Source: the human T2T-CHM13v2.0 reference genome, Homo sapiens
Direction: 5' to 3' (one strand)
DNA: 64,000 nucleotides
NCBI RefSeq assembly: GCF_009914755.1
Contig: NC_060946.1
The position numbers and the translations under genes are program-made. Shown piece after piece: positions 32,783 through 50,002 of the stretch. Position 1 is the first letter of the stretch. Each line of letters starts with the position of its first letter. Below the pieces are notes generated by a model. It saw only the letters and a program-made list of their open reading frames with translations, was not told the origin of the DNA and did no database searches.

Positions 32783-33170
32783 CGTTTTGTATAGATTCCC
32801 ATAGAAATGAGTTAGACATCAGTCATAGAATTATTAGCCACTTTGATGTCTACCTTGGGAGTAAAACATATAATAAGGGGCAGCGTTAAACCATCTCAAT
32901 CAATAGCCTCCAACTTCTCGAGAAGGTTCTTATTTCATGAATTTCTAAACAAGCCACTACCTGGATTAAGACATTTGGTGGACACCATTTTGAGATGAAG
33001 AATCTTGAGTGAGAAGAAGGGAGATTTCTACTTACTGAAGCTTCCCAATGACATAGTTAAGTGTCCCCCAAAAGAAACTTTAGAACAAGACTTTCATCAT
33101 GCCATATCTCTATGGAAAAGGAATTTCTTTAAAAGAAAACAAAGTCAAACAATTGATAATATGATTCTCA

Positions 33171-33629
<459 letters not shown>

Positions 33630-33864
33630 TCAAAGTAACATTAATGAGAACCAACATAAAATAGACAACATTCACTATCTACAAAAGTAATCTGCACCAA
33701 TTAGCAATGTATGAGCATGTGGTCGAGAATATTTTCTATAATATATGTACTAGAAGGAAGAGACCTCAAGAAAATGGTCAGAGCTGGAAATGTAGATTAG
33801 GGAATCTAGGTCAAAGTTTTGAGATTTTAGGAGTCCTGAGAGAATTTAAAAAGAGAAATAGCCA

Positions 33865-33958
33865 CCAGGCATGGTGGCCACACCTGTAATCCCAGCACTT
33901 TGGGAGGCCAAGGCAGGAAGATCATGAGGTCAGGAGTTCAAGACCAGTCTGGCCAACA
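33865..33958 (+). mobile_element. Alu left-arm fragment
   Basis: ccaggcatggtggccacacctgtaatcccagcactttgggagg...ggccaaca, then joins L1 abruptly. Confidence 0.85.
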
Positions 33959-33959
33959 A

Positions 33960-34412
33960 GTTTCTTATATAGGTAAACGTGTTCCATGATGGTTTGCTGC
34001 ACCTATCAATCCATCACCTAGATATTAAGCCCTGTGGGCATTAGTTATTGATCTTGATGCTCTCCCTCCTGACCCCAACAGGCCCCAGTGTTTGTTGTTC
34101 CCCTCCCCAAGTCTATGTGTTCTTATTGTTCAGCTCCCGCTTATAAGTGAGAAGATGCAGTGTTTGGTTTTTTCTTCCTGCATTAGTTTGCTGAATATAT
34201 CAGCTTCAGGTTCATCCATATCCCTGCAAAGAGCATGATCTCATTCATTTTTATGGCTCCATAGTATTCCATGGTGTATATATACCACATTTTCTTTATC
34301 CCATTATCACTGATAATGTCCATCTGGGTTGATTCCATGTCTTTACTATTGTGAAGAGTGCTGCAGTGAACATGTAAATGCATGTATCTTTATAATAGAA
34401 TAATTTATATTC
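33960..34412 (-). mobile_element. L1PA 3' fragment
   Basis: ggtaaacgtgttccatgatggtttgctgcacc...tagtattccatggtgtatatataccacattttctttatcc. Confidence 0.85.
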
Positions 34413-35094
34413 CAACGTATGGTAATTTTAAATCAGTTTTGGTATTAAAAATCATGCATTTTGGAAAATATTGATAATGGAAAAATCCAAATTCTGCCAA
34501 AATATGTTGAGAAAATAGAGGGTAAATATATCTTTTCAAACTTTAAATGCCTCAGGCTCTTAGTTAATCTTCCCCAGATCTGGGAAGACCTAGAAGGGGA
34601 GAGATTGGGCTACCTTAATGAGGGCCATTTCAATCTCTTGGCCCTGCAGCAGCCATTTCAAAATAAGTCAAAAAAATATATTTGGGGGTAAAATATTTTG
34701 ATTTCCTTCAGCTTCTTCTCTCTGTGATGCTGCACCAGAATCAGATTAGAAAGGAAGCCACATTATAAGTGTTAATAAAACCCATCTGATGAGATTTGAT
34801 AGTTTGAAGGGTGTGTTTCCCAGACCCTTTAGATAGAAATTGGGGCCAAAGAAAACAAGGTCTTATTCCTCTATATAAATCTGTCAGTGCTTTAAGCAGT
34901 GAAAGAAAGATTTTTCATTTAATTTTACAGACTTGATACTAATGAAAAGGATAGCTTGTAAAATATAAATCTCTTTTTCTATAAAAAGGACATGTTGTTG
35001 ATTCTCTTAGACCTTGAACCCCGGCCAGGGATTTTAAACCAAGCAGTACCTATCTCCAGATCTCTAGTACCAAATTAATTTGGGGTGGGGATAA

Positions 35095-36870
35095 CAGGTT
35101 TATTGAGAAATAATGAACACGCCATGCAATTCACTCATTTAAAGTATACAATTCATTAACTTTAGTATTTTCAGAGAGTTATGCCGTCATCATTACAATT
35201 AATTTTAAAACATTTTCATCACCCTAAAAACAAACCCCACAACATTTAGCCATCTTCACTAGTTTTCCCTTCCTCCCTCAGCCCTAGGGAACCACCCACC
35301 TTCTTTGTATAGATTTGCCTATAAGCCTCTGAAATAAAAAGCAAGTGGTCTGCTGGGACTGGCTTATTTCACTTAGCATAATTTTTCATGCTGCATCTGT
35401 GCTGTAGCAGGTATTGATGCCGGGTTTTTGCTCCTTAGTTCAGCTACATCTGGGTTCTTCTCTCATGACCAGGAAAAATCAAGCATGCAGACACATTGAG
35501 GAGGGCAGAATTTATTTGTGAAAGGACAGCTCTCAGCAAAGAGAGGGATCCTGCAAAGAGGTTTCCACCTCACAATTGAATACCAGGATCACATGAGCTG
35601 AAGTGGCCAGGCTCCTCCTCTGCATAAGGTGTGAATTCCTGGTGACTCCACCCCATCCCCCCACTGCATGTGGGCCTCCGGTCTGCTGCGGGCATGTCCA
35701 GGCAAGACAAGTCCAGGTTCCCTTATCTGCACATAACATCTGGTGTAAACACTTGTGGGGCTGGTTGGAGATTCTCCGGGGACCCTTCCGTATCTGTCTA
35801 GGCATTTTGCTGTCTCCTCCTAATACGGTATCTGTACTTAATTTCTTCTTATTGCTGAGTAATATTCCATTGTATGGATACATCAAACATTTTATTTATC
35901 CATTCGCCAGGTGATGGACATTTGGGTTCTCTCCCACCCAAAGGTGACAGACGTTCTGGTTCTTTCCACCTTTTGACTACTATTAATAATGCTGTTGTAA
36001 ACATTTATGTATGAGTTTTTGTGCTTGCCTATGTTTTTATTTTTCTGGAGTATATACTTATGACTGGAATTTCTGTGTCATATGGTAACTTCATGCTTAA
36101 CCCTTTAAGGAGCTGCCAGTTTGTTTTCCAAAGTGGCTGCATCACTTTACATTCCCAGCAGCATCAGATAAGGGTTTTAATTTCTTTACATTTTTCCTAA
36201 CACTTTTTTTTCTTGAACAAAGATTTTATCCTGTGTTGTGAAGTGATACCACATGTGGTTTTGATTTACATTTTCCTAATGACTAATTACATTAAGCATC
36301 TATTAATGTGCTTATCCATCTTTATATCTTCTTTGCAGATATATCTATTCAAAATCTTTGCCCATTTTTTAAAATTGGCTTATCTTGTTATTTATTAATT
36401 GCAATAGTTATTTATATTTCCTATATATGTAAGTCCCTTATCAGATACACGCTTTTCAAATACTTTCTTCTACTTGGCTTCTTACCTTTTCACTTCTTCA
36501 TACTGTCTTCTGAGACACAGCAGTTTTCAATTTTGAAGTCCATTGAATCCATTTTTCCTTTGGAGTCATAGCTAAGAAAACACTGGCAAATGCAGTCACA
36601 AAGATTTATGCCAGTGTTTTCTTCTGAGGGATTTATAGTTTTAGCTTTTACAGTTAACTATTTTATTTTGAGTTAATTATTAAATAAGATATTTGGTCGA
36701 ACTTTATTTATTTTTTGCTTATGGATACCCAGTTGTCCCAGCACCATTTGTTGAAAAGACTATTCTTTTCCCATTTTGTTCTTTTGTTAAGCTTGTATAA
36801 AATCAATTGACTGTAAAAGTGCAGTCTTATTTTTAGATTGTCAATTCTTAGCTTGTTTATGTCTATTCTT
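35095..36870 (-). mobile_element. L1M (L1MB-like) fragments, interrupted by an LTR-like insert at ~35415-35822
   Basis: Antisense L1 ORF2-end/3' UTR motifs, e.g. cccagcaccatttgttgaaaagactattc; the GC-richer insert interrupts the L1 sequence. Confidence 0.7.
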
Positions 36871-38624
36871 ATGTCAAGGCCCAATCGAATTGAATGGGAA
36901 GTTTTTTTCAATCATGTTGCATATTACCAGTTGTCTTATGTCATAATAAAAATTAAATTTAGTGGAATGTCTGTAACTTCACCTTTTTTGTCACAAAGGA
37001 GTCTCTGGCCAGCTTATACCTTACTTCCTCTAAGACATGATCAGACGCCAGGCTTACAAGACACACTTAATTTCTTTTTTTCTCCATTCAAGCCTTTAGT
37101 CTCTTTTCCATTGCCTCCCACTATAGTTACATTTTCAGTAAGTTTTGGTTACAGGTTCTGCTGACATAGTCTAATATTCAGTGCAGTATGATTTACTAAC
37201 TCATTATAATTCATAGAACCTTCCATAGATGTTTACCATCTAGGAAGGAGAAGTTTAAGTCTGAGCCACCAGCTTTCCTCAGTGGAAATCAAGTGAAGTC
37301 ATCATCTTGCAGTTTACAGACCCTCTTTCCTCCTGGTAGCTGGTTCTCTTGGGTAGCACTGTGGCTAATCCTTTTCTTAGTGCAGATCTTGCATTCTCAG
37401 AAACCACAGTTCCCTGTATTGACCTCCTTTTACTGAAACAGAGATGCACAGCTCTGCTTTCTATCTCAGTAGAGGATTCTTGGAATAAAACGTTTAACTC
37501 ATTCCAAGAAAGTCTTAGGAGTGCAGCACTTCAAAATCAGGTAACGTTCAGGCAATTTATCAGAGACACATAGTAGATTAGTATTTTGACTTTCAAAATT
37601 TCAGAGCCAAGTTGTGTGCTATAGAGAAGCATTGTGGCATAACATAGAGATGGGATGGTCTTAACTTCTCCATACAAACAAGCTTGGAGTAAGGTAAAGG
37701 AGAAATTGCATTTGTGTCTTAACACTCAAAACACACTATGCTTATTTTACTTCTGTGAAGAATAAAAATCATTCCATAATATTCTCCTTATTTCCTCATT
37801 TAGAAAAGAAAATGAAAATTGAATACTAGGTTGATTAATAAATACTCAAAACTTCTTCTTTTAGAATTTTAGTTAATTGAAATCAGGTAAATGTCTGATT
37901 TTGCCTATGTCACCCAGTATTTCTAGTTGTTTTTCAAATCATACATCTTCTTGCTTCCCAGTCTTACTTCCTAACTTGAGGGGAAATTGTAAGAAGACAC
38001 CCTTGCCTTGTTTTCAGAGTTCATAATTGAAGGAGTTTTAGGAAAATTCCTCCTCAGCAGCTTATGTCTCTCTCCTGGTTATCTACTGCTTCTCAATAAT
38101 GTTTGACATCAATAAATAAATATCAACATTTATTAGATCCTGCTTTAAAGGAGACTCTTTTCTGCTGCATAAGTTATGTTTCCTGTTGTCTCTTTTTAAT
38201 ACTTATTTTCCTAACAATTACCCAGAGTCTTGTGGCTTGAAAGAAAAACATCTATTTTGTTCATGAACCTGTGGTTTGGGAAAAACTTGGCCAGGACAGC
38301 TTGTCTTTGCTCCCTTCAGCTTCCCTAGGAACAGCTGATCAGTTGGGGAAATGGAATCCTCTGAAGCTTTGGTCACCCACTTGTTTGATGGTTGATGCTG
38401 GCCATCGGCTGTAAACTTGGTTGGGACAGGCAGCGTGAACACTGACACAGGCACTTTCAGGCTATCTTTGTGGCCTGATGGCTCTCACAATTGGGGCTGG
38501 GTTCCAAGAGAAAACAGTCTGAGATAGAGAAGCCACATGGTATCCCTTTCACTACATTCTACTCATTAGAAGGAAGTCAGTAAGGCTGGCCTATATTCTG
38601 TTTTTTTAAATGGGATGAATGTAG

Positions 38625-40365
38625 CTTCTCTTTTGTTTTAATTGACACATATATACATAATTATGGGCTATAGAGTGATATTTTTATACACGTATATAGT
38701 GTGTAATGATCAAGCTAACTAGCACATTTACTACTTCAACCATTTTTCATTTCTTTGAATTGTGAACATTGAAAATTTTCTGGCTTTTTAAAAATATACA
38801 ATAAGTCATAGTTAACCATATTCACCCTACAATGCCACAGAACACCAGAACTCACTCCACTTATCTAACTGTAATTCTGTATCCATTAACCAGCCTCCCC
38901 TCCCCTACTTCTGTGAGCTTTTTTTTGTTAAGAGACAAGGTCTTGCTAGTGTAGTCTGGGCTCTGGGCAACTGTAGTCACCCAGACTGGAGACAGTGGTT
39001 TGATCATAGTTCACTGCAGCTTCAAACTCTTGGGCCCATCTGATCCTCACACCTCAGCCTCCTGAGCAGCTGGCATTATGGGCATGCACCATTGCACATG
39101 TCTGATTTTTGACTTTGTGGAGATATCTCCCCATGTTGCCCAGGGAGCTCTGGAACTTTTGGTCTCAAATGATTCTCTTGCCTTGGTCTTACAAAGAGCT
39201 AGGAAATTACAGGCATCAGCAATATTGCCCAGCCTTCAATTTTCCTTTAGCTCCCTTACATGAGTAAGAATGTGCAGTATTTTTCTTTCTGTGTCTGCAC
39301 TTAACATAACATCCGTCAGACTGATCCACGTGGCCACGAATAACAGGATTTAATTCCTTTATACGGTGAATAGTATTCCACTGTGTTTGTGTGCCACAGT
39401 TTTTCGTCCATTCATTTGGTGATGGACATGTAGGTTGATTCCATACACAAGCTGTTGTGGATAGTGCTACAGTAAACATATGAGGACAGATATCCTTTTG
39501 ATCTATTGTTTTCTTTTCTATTGCCTGAATGCCCAGTAGTGAGGTTGCTGGATCCCTCGGCAGTCCCATTATTAGTTTTTTTGAGAAAACCTCCTGTTGT
39601 TCTCTATTGTGGCTGCACTAATTTACCTTCCCACCAACAGCATGTAAGAGTTTACTGTTCTCTGGAGCCTCACCAGCATTTGTTTTTTTTTTTGTCTTTT
39701 CAATGACAGCAATTTATTCAAATTGAAGCAAGATTATATCACATTGTAGATTTGATTTGTATTTCCCTGAGGATTAGTGATACTGAGCATTTTAAAATTT
39801 ATTTATTGGCTATTTGTATTTCTTTTTCTAAAAAAAAGTATAGTTAGATATTTTGCCCAATTTTAAACTCAGATTTTTTTTTACTGTGAAGTTGTTTGAG
39901 TTTTTTTGTATATTTTGTATATTAGTCCCTTATTAGATGAATAGCTTGACAATATTTTCTCCTATTCTACAGGTTTTCTCTTCACTCAGTTGTTTGCTGG
40001 ACAGAAGCTCTTTAGCTTAATGTAGTGTCTTTTGTCTATGATTTGTTGTTTGCCTATGCTTCTGATGTCTTACCCATAAAAATCTTTGTGCAGACTAATG
40101 TCCTCAAGCATTTTCCCTATATTTACTTAGAGTAGTTTGATAATTTTGGGCCTTACATTTCAGTCTTCAATCGATTCTGAGTTTATGTTGTTATATGGTG
40201 TTACATAGGAAGCTAATATCGTTCTTCTCCATATGGATATTTAGTTTTCCCAGTGTCATTCATTTGAAGAGGCTGTCCTTTCCCCAGCGTATGTTCTTGG
40301 CATGTTCGTCCAAAATCAGTTGGCTGGAAATATGTGGATTTATTTCTGGGTGCCGTATTCTATGG
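38625..40365 (-). mobile_element. L1MA-like element split by an Alu
   Basis: Antisense L1 3' end and ORF2 terminal motifs, e.g. atttaccttcccaccaacagc and cagaagctctttagcttaat. Confidence 0.75.
38918..39235 (-). mobile_element. AluJ-like element inserted in L1
   Basis: Diverged antisense Alu motifs. Confidence 0.8.
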
Positions 40366-40479
40366 TCTTTACCCCAAGAATCATTACTTCTTAAAATGCA
40401 ATTCAAATTAGCATGAAACATTTGCAGTTAAAGGAAAGGCTTATAGCATCAGAATCCTTAATCATAGATTTCATTATTT

Positions 40480-40772
40480 TGTGTTTTTTTTTGAGATAGG
40501 GTCTTTGTCTGTCATCCAGGCAGAAGTGCAGTGATAATAATTCACTGCAGCCCTGAACTCTGGGTACAAGCCATCCTTTTGCCTCAGTATCCCAACTAGC
40601 TGGGTCTACAGGCATGAGCCACCATGCCCGGGTAATTAAAAAACATTTTTTTTTTTGTAGAGATGGGGGTCTCACTATGTTGCTCTGGCTGATCTCAAAT
40701 TCCTGGCCTCAAGTGATCTTTCTGCCACAGCTTTTTAAAGTGCTAGGATTACAGGAATGAGCCACCATGCCT
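40480..40772 (-). mobile_element. AluJ-like element
   Basis: Antisense dimer. Confidence 0.85.
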
Positions 40773-41122
40773 AATATAGAGTGTAATATCACTTTCAAAG
40801 TCTTATTCCTAGACCCATTTATTGACTTTGGCCTAAATAACTCAATATGATATCTCTGAAACTTTTTTTGACATACTGTGGGGAATGATAATGAAGGAAG
40901 GGGGTTAGACACTTTTTACTAGGAGATAACTTTGTGCCATTTAAGGAGGAACAAAAATGAATTATCAGAAAAATAAAAGTAAAATGAAGTACAAAAATTC
41001 TGTGGCAAAGATGATGATAGTAAAGAATATATTTTTATGACTCATGGTAGCTTTAACTTTGTTCTTAAAATTCTGAGTAATTTAAGGGTTCACATTTGAA
41101 GAATCTGCTGCATTACAGATAA

Positions 41123-41680
<558 letters not shown>

Positions 41681-42161
41681 TAGAAAAAAATGGTATCTGT
41701 TTTTTCTTTTAAATATTTAAATTTCCATTATTATTATAACAAAATCAATCTTTCAGAGTAATGATTCTCATTATGGAGTCATTTGATGATTAAGACCAGT
41801 TGGCACAGGAAAAAATTGTGATTTAGAAATTATGTGATAATTATGAATTGGTCTTAAGCTACAGTGTTCATTGATCACTTTTTAAAACTATGAATGGATT
41901 CTATTACTTTTTATATGACCAGATTACATTAATACTAGCATAATTATGATTTCAAATTTTTACAAGTCAGACTTAATTCTGAATTCAGTTATTACTTTTG
42001 ATATTGCTGAAATATTTTAAACTTCATCCTCTTTTTTAACATATTCAAAAATACTCTTTGAATCACTGACTCAAAATGAAAGGCAACTAACATAATAATT
42101 AGGTTATAATTGTTTTAAAAGTGTATTATTTTCCTCTGTTTTAGGAACAAGCACAATATAA

Positions 42162-42359
<198 letters not shown>

Positions 42360-43704
42360 TAAGTCAAAACATACACTCATAGAAAATGAATTAAGCTCAT
42401 TAATTTGTTTCAAAAGCATAATTTTTAGTGAGATGGCTTCAGGAGATTAGAAGGAAGTGAATGCTAATTTGACAATGTAATTTTGAAAAATAATGTTAGT
42501 AAATAATTTTACCTTTAAAATGTTAGTCAAAGATAGTTTTTGTCTCTCCTCTCATTTTTTTTTTTGCTTTTGTATGGCTTTTTTTCCTGAAAAGTCTCAT
42601 GTAATTAACCTGATCTGTTAGTTTTTTTCACTAAGTATTTTTGAAGCTTTATAATTAATGAAGTGATCTTGTTATAAAATTACTTGTCAGAATTTCCCTA
42701 AATAGAAATATTAATATGTTTAATTTACTTTTCAGTGGATCACAACCTAAATGCAAAGTGGTACTGCTACTCTGGGCACAATTGTTTTTGATTGTGATCT
42801 TTAGTATTATCACCAGAGGGTGCCTCAAGAAAGACTATTTGTGTAACATATTCAAGATGTTACAGAAAGGCACCCTTGTGAAATAGGGAATAATTATCAC
42901 AGGAATTTAAAGAACTGTAATTCACAAAGCTGTTAAAAAATAACACCTTGTTCAGCCTGAAGCGGTGTGTGGAAGGCAGAAAGAACATGCCCCACCTCCA
43001 GGGCCTTGGTCACAGTGTTGGGGGCTAATAGCCTTCAGAGATGCTTTAGTTCTTTTTGATCACCAACCAGACAATCTAGTTCTCCCCTAGGAGTTGTTGC
43101 TCTGAATTATTCCTCAGTGCCAAATGTTTAATTGGTCCTAGATAATGGGTGAAATGTACAAGAGTGAAATCCAAAACTGGTTTACTAAACACAAGTATTC
43201 CTAGATTTTTTTTCATTCATTTTAGTTTTCTTAACCTACATTAAGGAGTACAACATGATGTTTTGATATAATTATTTCTAATGAAGTGGTTCTTATAATC
43301 AAGCAAATCAACATATTCATTTTCCCACATTATTACCCTTTAAATACAAGTATTTCTAATGGAATCTTCAGAATCTTACAAGTAGAGCCATTTTAGAAGG
43401 CAGGAAGTTTTACCTGTTGAGCCATACATCACTGATAGCCATTTCTCTTCCCTGTCTACTTTGTTTGAACTGCTTGTTCAGTAGAAATCACCTTAGAAAC
43501 AATGGTGCTTCTTTAGAACGATTTTAAAATTATAATTCCTTACAACAGGTATGCTCTTACACATCTTCGGTGTGAAAACACTATTTAGTGGGTAATTTGG
43601 TTTACTCTCAGGGTAAGTTTTTAAAAACTGCAAGTCATTAAGAATCATTTAAGGAAAAATGAAATATTAAGCATTTGTCTTTGCTATCTTTACAGATCGA
43701 ATAA

Positions 43705-43908
<204 letters not shown>

Positions 43909-44267
43909 TGACTGAGGTTAGTTATATGACCGTTTCTCTTTAGGGTTTCATTTCTCTAGCGTAATTCTTGTTTATAATTTGGTGAAATACTGAGTTGTTC
44001 TGTTGACTTTTGCATGTGAAGTAAAGATCATAATTAGCTGTGTTAACACAGAAAGGAAATGGGAACTTTACATTTTTTAATTCCCTGGAGCTCTCATTTT
44101 CAAGAGATATCCATTTGCTAACTTTATTCAATAAATGTGACTAAACTGACACGTTTGAAATGTCTTTAAAAGCTGCATTTAAGTTAGGTTTTAGAAATTG
44201 CATGTTATTGCCTGATAAGTGATGATATACTTTGAGATGCTTTGGCTTACTCTCTAATTGATTGTAG

Positions 44268-44590
<323 letters not shown>

Positions 44591-44619
44591 CATGCCACTT
44601 TTAAAGTTTCTTTGCACCA

Positions 44620-44924
44620 GCCAGGTGTGGTGGCTCATGCCTGTAATACCAGCACTTTGGGAGGCTGAGGCAGGTGTATCACGAGGTGAGGAGTTCAAGA
44701 CCAGCCTGGCCAAGATGGTGAAACCCCATCTCTACTAAAAGTACAAAAAAATATATTAGCCTGGTGTGGTGGTGGGCACCTGTAATCCCAGCTACTAGGA
44801 AGGCTGAGGCAGAGAATTGCTTGAACCTGGGAGACGGAGGTTGCAGGAGCTGAGATTGCACCACTGCACTCCAGCCTGAGTGACAGGGCAAGACTCCATC
44901 TTGAAAATAAAAAAAAAATAAAAA
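44620..44924 (+). mobile_element. AluS with target-site duplication
   Basis: Full Alu flanked by aaagttt(c/a)tttgcacca on both sides. Confidence 0.95.
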
Positions 44925-45103
44925 AGTTTATTTGCACCATCTCAATTCTTCCCACCCATAATCACAACTGAATGATTGGCATCCAAACACTTTGCCACAT
45001 ATGGATGTTTATTATTTAGTAGAATCCAAAATAATTACATTTTATGAATTAAACAAAACACTAAAATGTTCATTTCCATTTTTATGTTAAAAGCTTTGTG
45101 CTT

Positions 45104-45398
45104 GGCCAGGCATGGTGGCTCACACTTGTAATCCCAAAATTTGGGGAGGCCGAGGCAGGTGAATCACCTGACATCAGGAGTTTGAGGCCAGCCTGGCCAA
45201 CATGATGAAACCTGTCTCTAGTAAAAATACAAAAATTAGCAAAGCTTGTTGGCAGGCATGTGTAATCTCAGATACTCAGGAGGCTGAGGCAGGAGAATCA
45301 CTTGAACCCAGGAGACAGAGGTTGCAGTAAGCCAAGATCATACCACTGCACTATAGCCTTGGTGATGGAGACTCTGTCTCAAAACAAAACAAAAAAAA
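45104..45398 (+). mobile_element. AluS
   Basis: Full Alu flanked by tttgtgctt. Confidence 0.93.
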
Positions 45399-45434
45399 GG
45401 TTTGTGCTTTTCTTACATAAGAGTACATCTTCTG

Positions 45435-46580
45435 ACTATAAAAATCCTTGAAGAAAACCTAGAAAATACTCTTCTGGATATCATATTTGTCAATTAATTT
45501 ATGGCTAAGTCCTCAAAAGCAATTGCAAGAATAACAAAAATTGAAAAGTGTGATCTAATTTAGCTAAATAGCTTCTGCACAGCATGAGAAACTATCACGG
45601 GATTAAACAGACAGCCTAAAAGAATGGAAGAAAATATTCACAAAGTATGGATATAGCAAACACCTATTATCCAGAATCCATAAGAGACCTAAACAAATCA
45701 ACAAGCAAAAAATAAATAAGACCATTAAAAATGGACAAAGGACATGAACAGACAGTTCTCAAAATAACACACGTAAGTGGCCAACAAACATTAACAAATG
45801 CTTACCATTGCTAATCATCAGAAAAATGCCAAACAAAACATCAATGAGATACCATTTCACACCAGTCAGAATGACTTTTGTTAAAAACAAATAATAAATA
45901 AAAACATAAATAAGGATATTGGGGAGGCTGTGGAGAAAAAGGAACACAGACCGTTTGTGGCAATGTAAATTAATTCAGCTACTATGGAGAGCAGTTTGGA
46001 AATTAAGAACTAAGAATGACTGTTGGATGCATCAACCCCATTACTATACTAGGGGTATACCGAAAGGACAATAAATCATTGTAACAAAAAGATGTATACA
46101 CATGTATGTTCATTGCAGCACTATTCACAATAGCAAAGATGTGGAGTCAATCCAGGTACATCCAAGGTAGATTGAAAATCCAAGGTAGATTGGAAAATTC
46201 CATATATACCATGGAATACTATGCAGCCATGAAAAGAACAAAATCACGTCATTTGCAGCAACATGAATACAGCTGGAATCCACTCTCCTAAGCAAACCAA
46301 CGCAGAAACAGAAACCAAATATCTCATGTTTTCACTCATGTGGGAGTTATATATTGGGTGCACATGGTCATAAAGGTGGGAATAATAGACACTGGGAAAT
46401 AAGAACGGGGAGGGACAGAGTGGGCCAGGGTTGAAAAACTACTTCTTGGGTCCTATGCTCACAACCTGTGTGATAGGTTTAATTGTACTGCAAACCTCGG
46501 TATCCCTCAATATGCCTTTGGAAGAAACTTACAGAGGTACCACGTTAATTTGGAATACAAACTAGAAAAAAAAAAAAGAA
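45435..46580 (+). mobile_element. L1P (L1PA/PB) 3' portion with poly-A
   Basis: gaagaaaacctagaaaatac...atgttcattgcagcactattcacaatagcaaaga...ccatggaatactatgcagccat...A-tail. Confidence 0.9.
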
Positions 46581-46726
46581 AAGTTTACTATAAGTAGAGA
46601 ACAGAAATTTCTTTTTAAGATAAAATTTATTGAAGTAAAAAATGGATTAAACTTTTATAAAGGGCAGAGTTTTCTAAGAATTTCAAAGCAATGCATTCAT
46701 TGCAAAAGATGGCTTTAATTACTTAA

Positions 46727-47100
<374 letters not shown>

Positions 47101-50002
47101 TAGATCAATATTAACTGCATTTTTGTCAGATTACTCTAAACAGCATTACACATATACATCCTCTGTTATCTAAACTTAAAATAAGTAGAAATTTTATTTT
47201 ATTTATGTGATTATTTTTCTATTTAAGCAAACTTCAAGTTATGTCTAGTCACTAAAAATACTAAAGGCCACATTTTGTAAGTGATACATGATTTTCATGA
47301 TAATGTTACTTGTTTAATTTAGACATTATTATTATTTTTACTTATTTTAGATGGGGCCGGACTGTGTAGAATAAATAATTAGAGAAACAAAGAGAAATAC
47401 GTTGACAAAATTTATTAATTAAATTTAGGTTTATTTTAGAAATAAAGTGTAAATAGCAAATGGCATTACTTTTCATTCTTGGGTTAGTAGATACTACATC
47501 AATATTTTTTTTCTTACACACATCTAATGAAAGATGTGAAAACAAAAACTTTCACAGAGAAGACTGTACTTATGCACCATAAATTCATCATGTTCCAAAG
47601 CTTAAACAGTTCCCAAGAAGTCTGTGCATCTCTTTTTCACTGGCTCTACACTTTCTTAAGTTTTGCCATCCTCATGGAACTGTCAGCCAGCACACTGAAA
47701 CGATTCTCAGAAAACAAATGCATCATCAAGTTCTCAGGGTTTCAGTAGAGATTGAAGGCCAACAGACCTAAGACTCATTCAGAAATACTTAGCTGAGCAA
47801 TAACCCTTCATAAGCAGTCACTTGACAGGTGACATTTTAAATCTCCTGTCATTTACTGTGTTATTGGCTTACACTTGTTCTCAGGAAAAGTTCCAAATTT
47901 TTCACCATGAAATAAAAACACCCATGTCAATGTGATTCTTGTCAAGTTACTCAGCCTTGTTTCTCACCGCTTACTGCACTCTGCCCTTTGCTCTAGCACC
48001 AAACTGGATGGAGTGGAACTCTGCAGGGCTCTTCCTCACCTCAGGCTCTTTGCCTTTGCCTCTTTCCTCTATCTGGGAAGCTTTTCCTTGTCCTTCAGGT
48101 ATCAACCTATGTTATCTCCTCCACCAGAAAGCCCATGATATTGACATAAAAGTGGATAGATGTCCCTTCTCTGTGTTCCAGTAGTGCCCTGCTCTATACC
48201 TGTCATGGTATCTATGACTCTATATGGACATTGCCTGCCTGTCTGTTTTTTAGGTTAGAGCTTATGACTGTTGGGAGGTGGACCATGCCATCTTCATCTT
48301 GTAATTCCAGTGCTGGTTCTAGTACCTTAGCATGTGGCTGTTGATTACATGAATGAAGACTGAAAAAGCTCTGATATTTAAACACAATTAGAATTAATGC
48401 CATGTGTAAATTATTAAATAGTAATTCTGTATTGTAAATGTACATACATATCTCATTCTTATTAACTCTGATAAAGTTCTCAAGTCTTTAGTTTTTAAAC
48501 TCATACTTAGTTAACTGAAGTGTTTTAGGTAAAGAACAAAATTCTTTATTTTTCTTTCCAGCCGTTGCTGTATTGTACACTTGCTCCCATCTGCTTTCTT
48601 CTCTAGAATCCACGGGTAAGCCACATCTAATGAAGAGAATATTTAACCATAAAGTCTTAAGGAAAAATTCTATGATGATTTAAAAGATTATAAAACTTTA
48701 TTACTGGGCTATTTACACATTTTAATTGTTTCTCATAAAATATATAACATTCCAATATTTACTGAAGTAGGATATTTTTGTATCACATGTATGATTATAA
48801 TTTATAGGGTATTTTAAATGATGTTTTTTGGCCTCCTTAAGTTTTAAGTGGATCTTGCAAATGAAAACCAGTATTATTGAGTTTGACATACTCAAATTGC
48901 CCAAATGTCAGCTGTTTAAACAATCAAGTCATCATTGATACTTTAGTAAAGGTTAGTAAAGGTCATCGAAGGTTTATTTGCATTTTACAGTTTTTATTAC
49001 TTAGGAGAGTTAAGGAGTACCTGCCAGGTTTGTCCATGCTAATGTTACAATTTTCTTTATGTAGTTCAACCGTATTTTGTATGGAGATACTTTGAGGCTC
49101 TGTAAATATCTGGTTACTCCTCAGAACCCACTAGATTTAGCATTTCATGGATGACTTGTGTTTGAACAATTATTACTATGATGGTTACCAGATGATTATT
49201 TTCTTATTCTCTTCTTTGTTCTACATGGAGAAATAAAACCAATAAATAAGGGAGAAGGAAAGCTCATGATTCTGATGCTCCAATTCCCCAAGATTAGGCC
49301 AGTAGTAGACATTCCAAGCTGACTTTATGTCTCTTTGATTTGTCTCCATTACTCTGTTGGCACTTTTTTACTTTCTGGCAGAAGATGTTCTAAGCTCAGC
49401 TTGTATTTTCTCTGCGCCAGCTCTGGAATGAGTAATTTTTTTTAGAAGAAGAGGTGGAGCCACTGAGGAAGCACAGGTGAGCCCTCCCCATTGTGTACTC
49501 ACTGGTCCCCAACAGAAGAACCACTGCCACATCCACTGAGGTACCAAGAAACTAGCAAAGGGCCTTCTGGCTGTCTGGGGAGAGTCCTCATGTGGTCCCT
49601 GGCTGTCTCAGAGGTTCTGGATTAGTCTTCCTGTAGCCTCTGTGTTGTGTGTTTAGATCGGGGCTCTGTGGGAAGGGCCCTGAGAGACCCAACAGCACAG
49701 CATGCCTTATCTGCCAAATGTCCCTCCCTTCCTCACACTCTGACACTCAGGAATAGGGTAGATGGTGTGTCCAGGCAGTGTCAGGCCACCTCACTTTCTC
49801 CTTTGAGACGGGCCCAGAGGGCCTTTGGGGTGAGTGTGGAGCTGGGAACCTGGAGCCTGAGGCCAACTGTCTCTCCCTGTGTCTTGGAGGAAAAGCCATG
49901 TCCCAAAAAAAACCCCAGGGCCTGACCTCTGGGAACACATGCAGGGAGGGAGGGTCTATGATCTGAGGGGGACATTGTAATGAGACTTTGAACCCCTTTG
50001 CT

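Noticed and set aside
48562-48614. Possible extra ANKRD26-like terminal exon (ttccag|...|gtaag)
   Set aside because: Splice signals are present but I could not confirm homology, so it is not listed as a feature.
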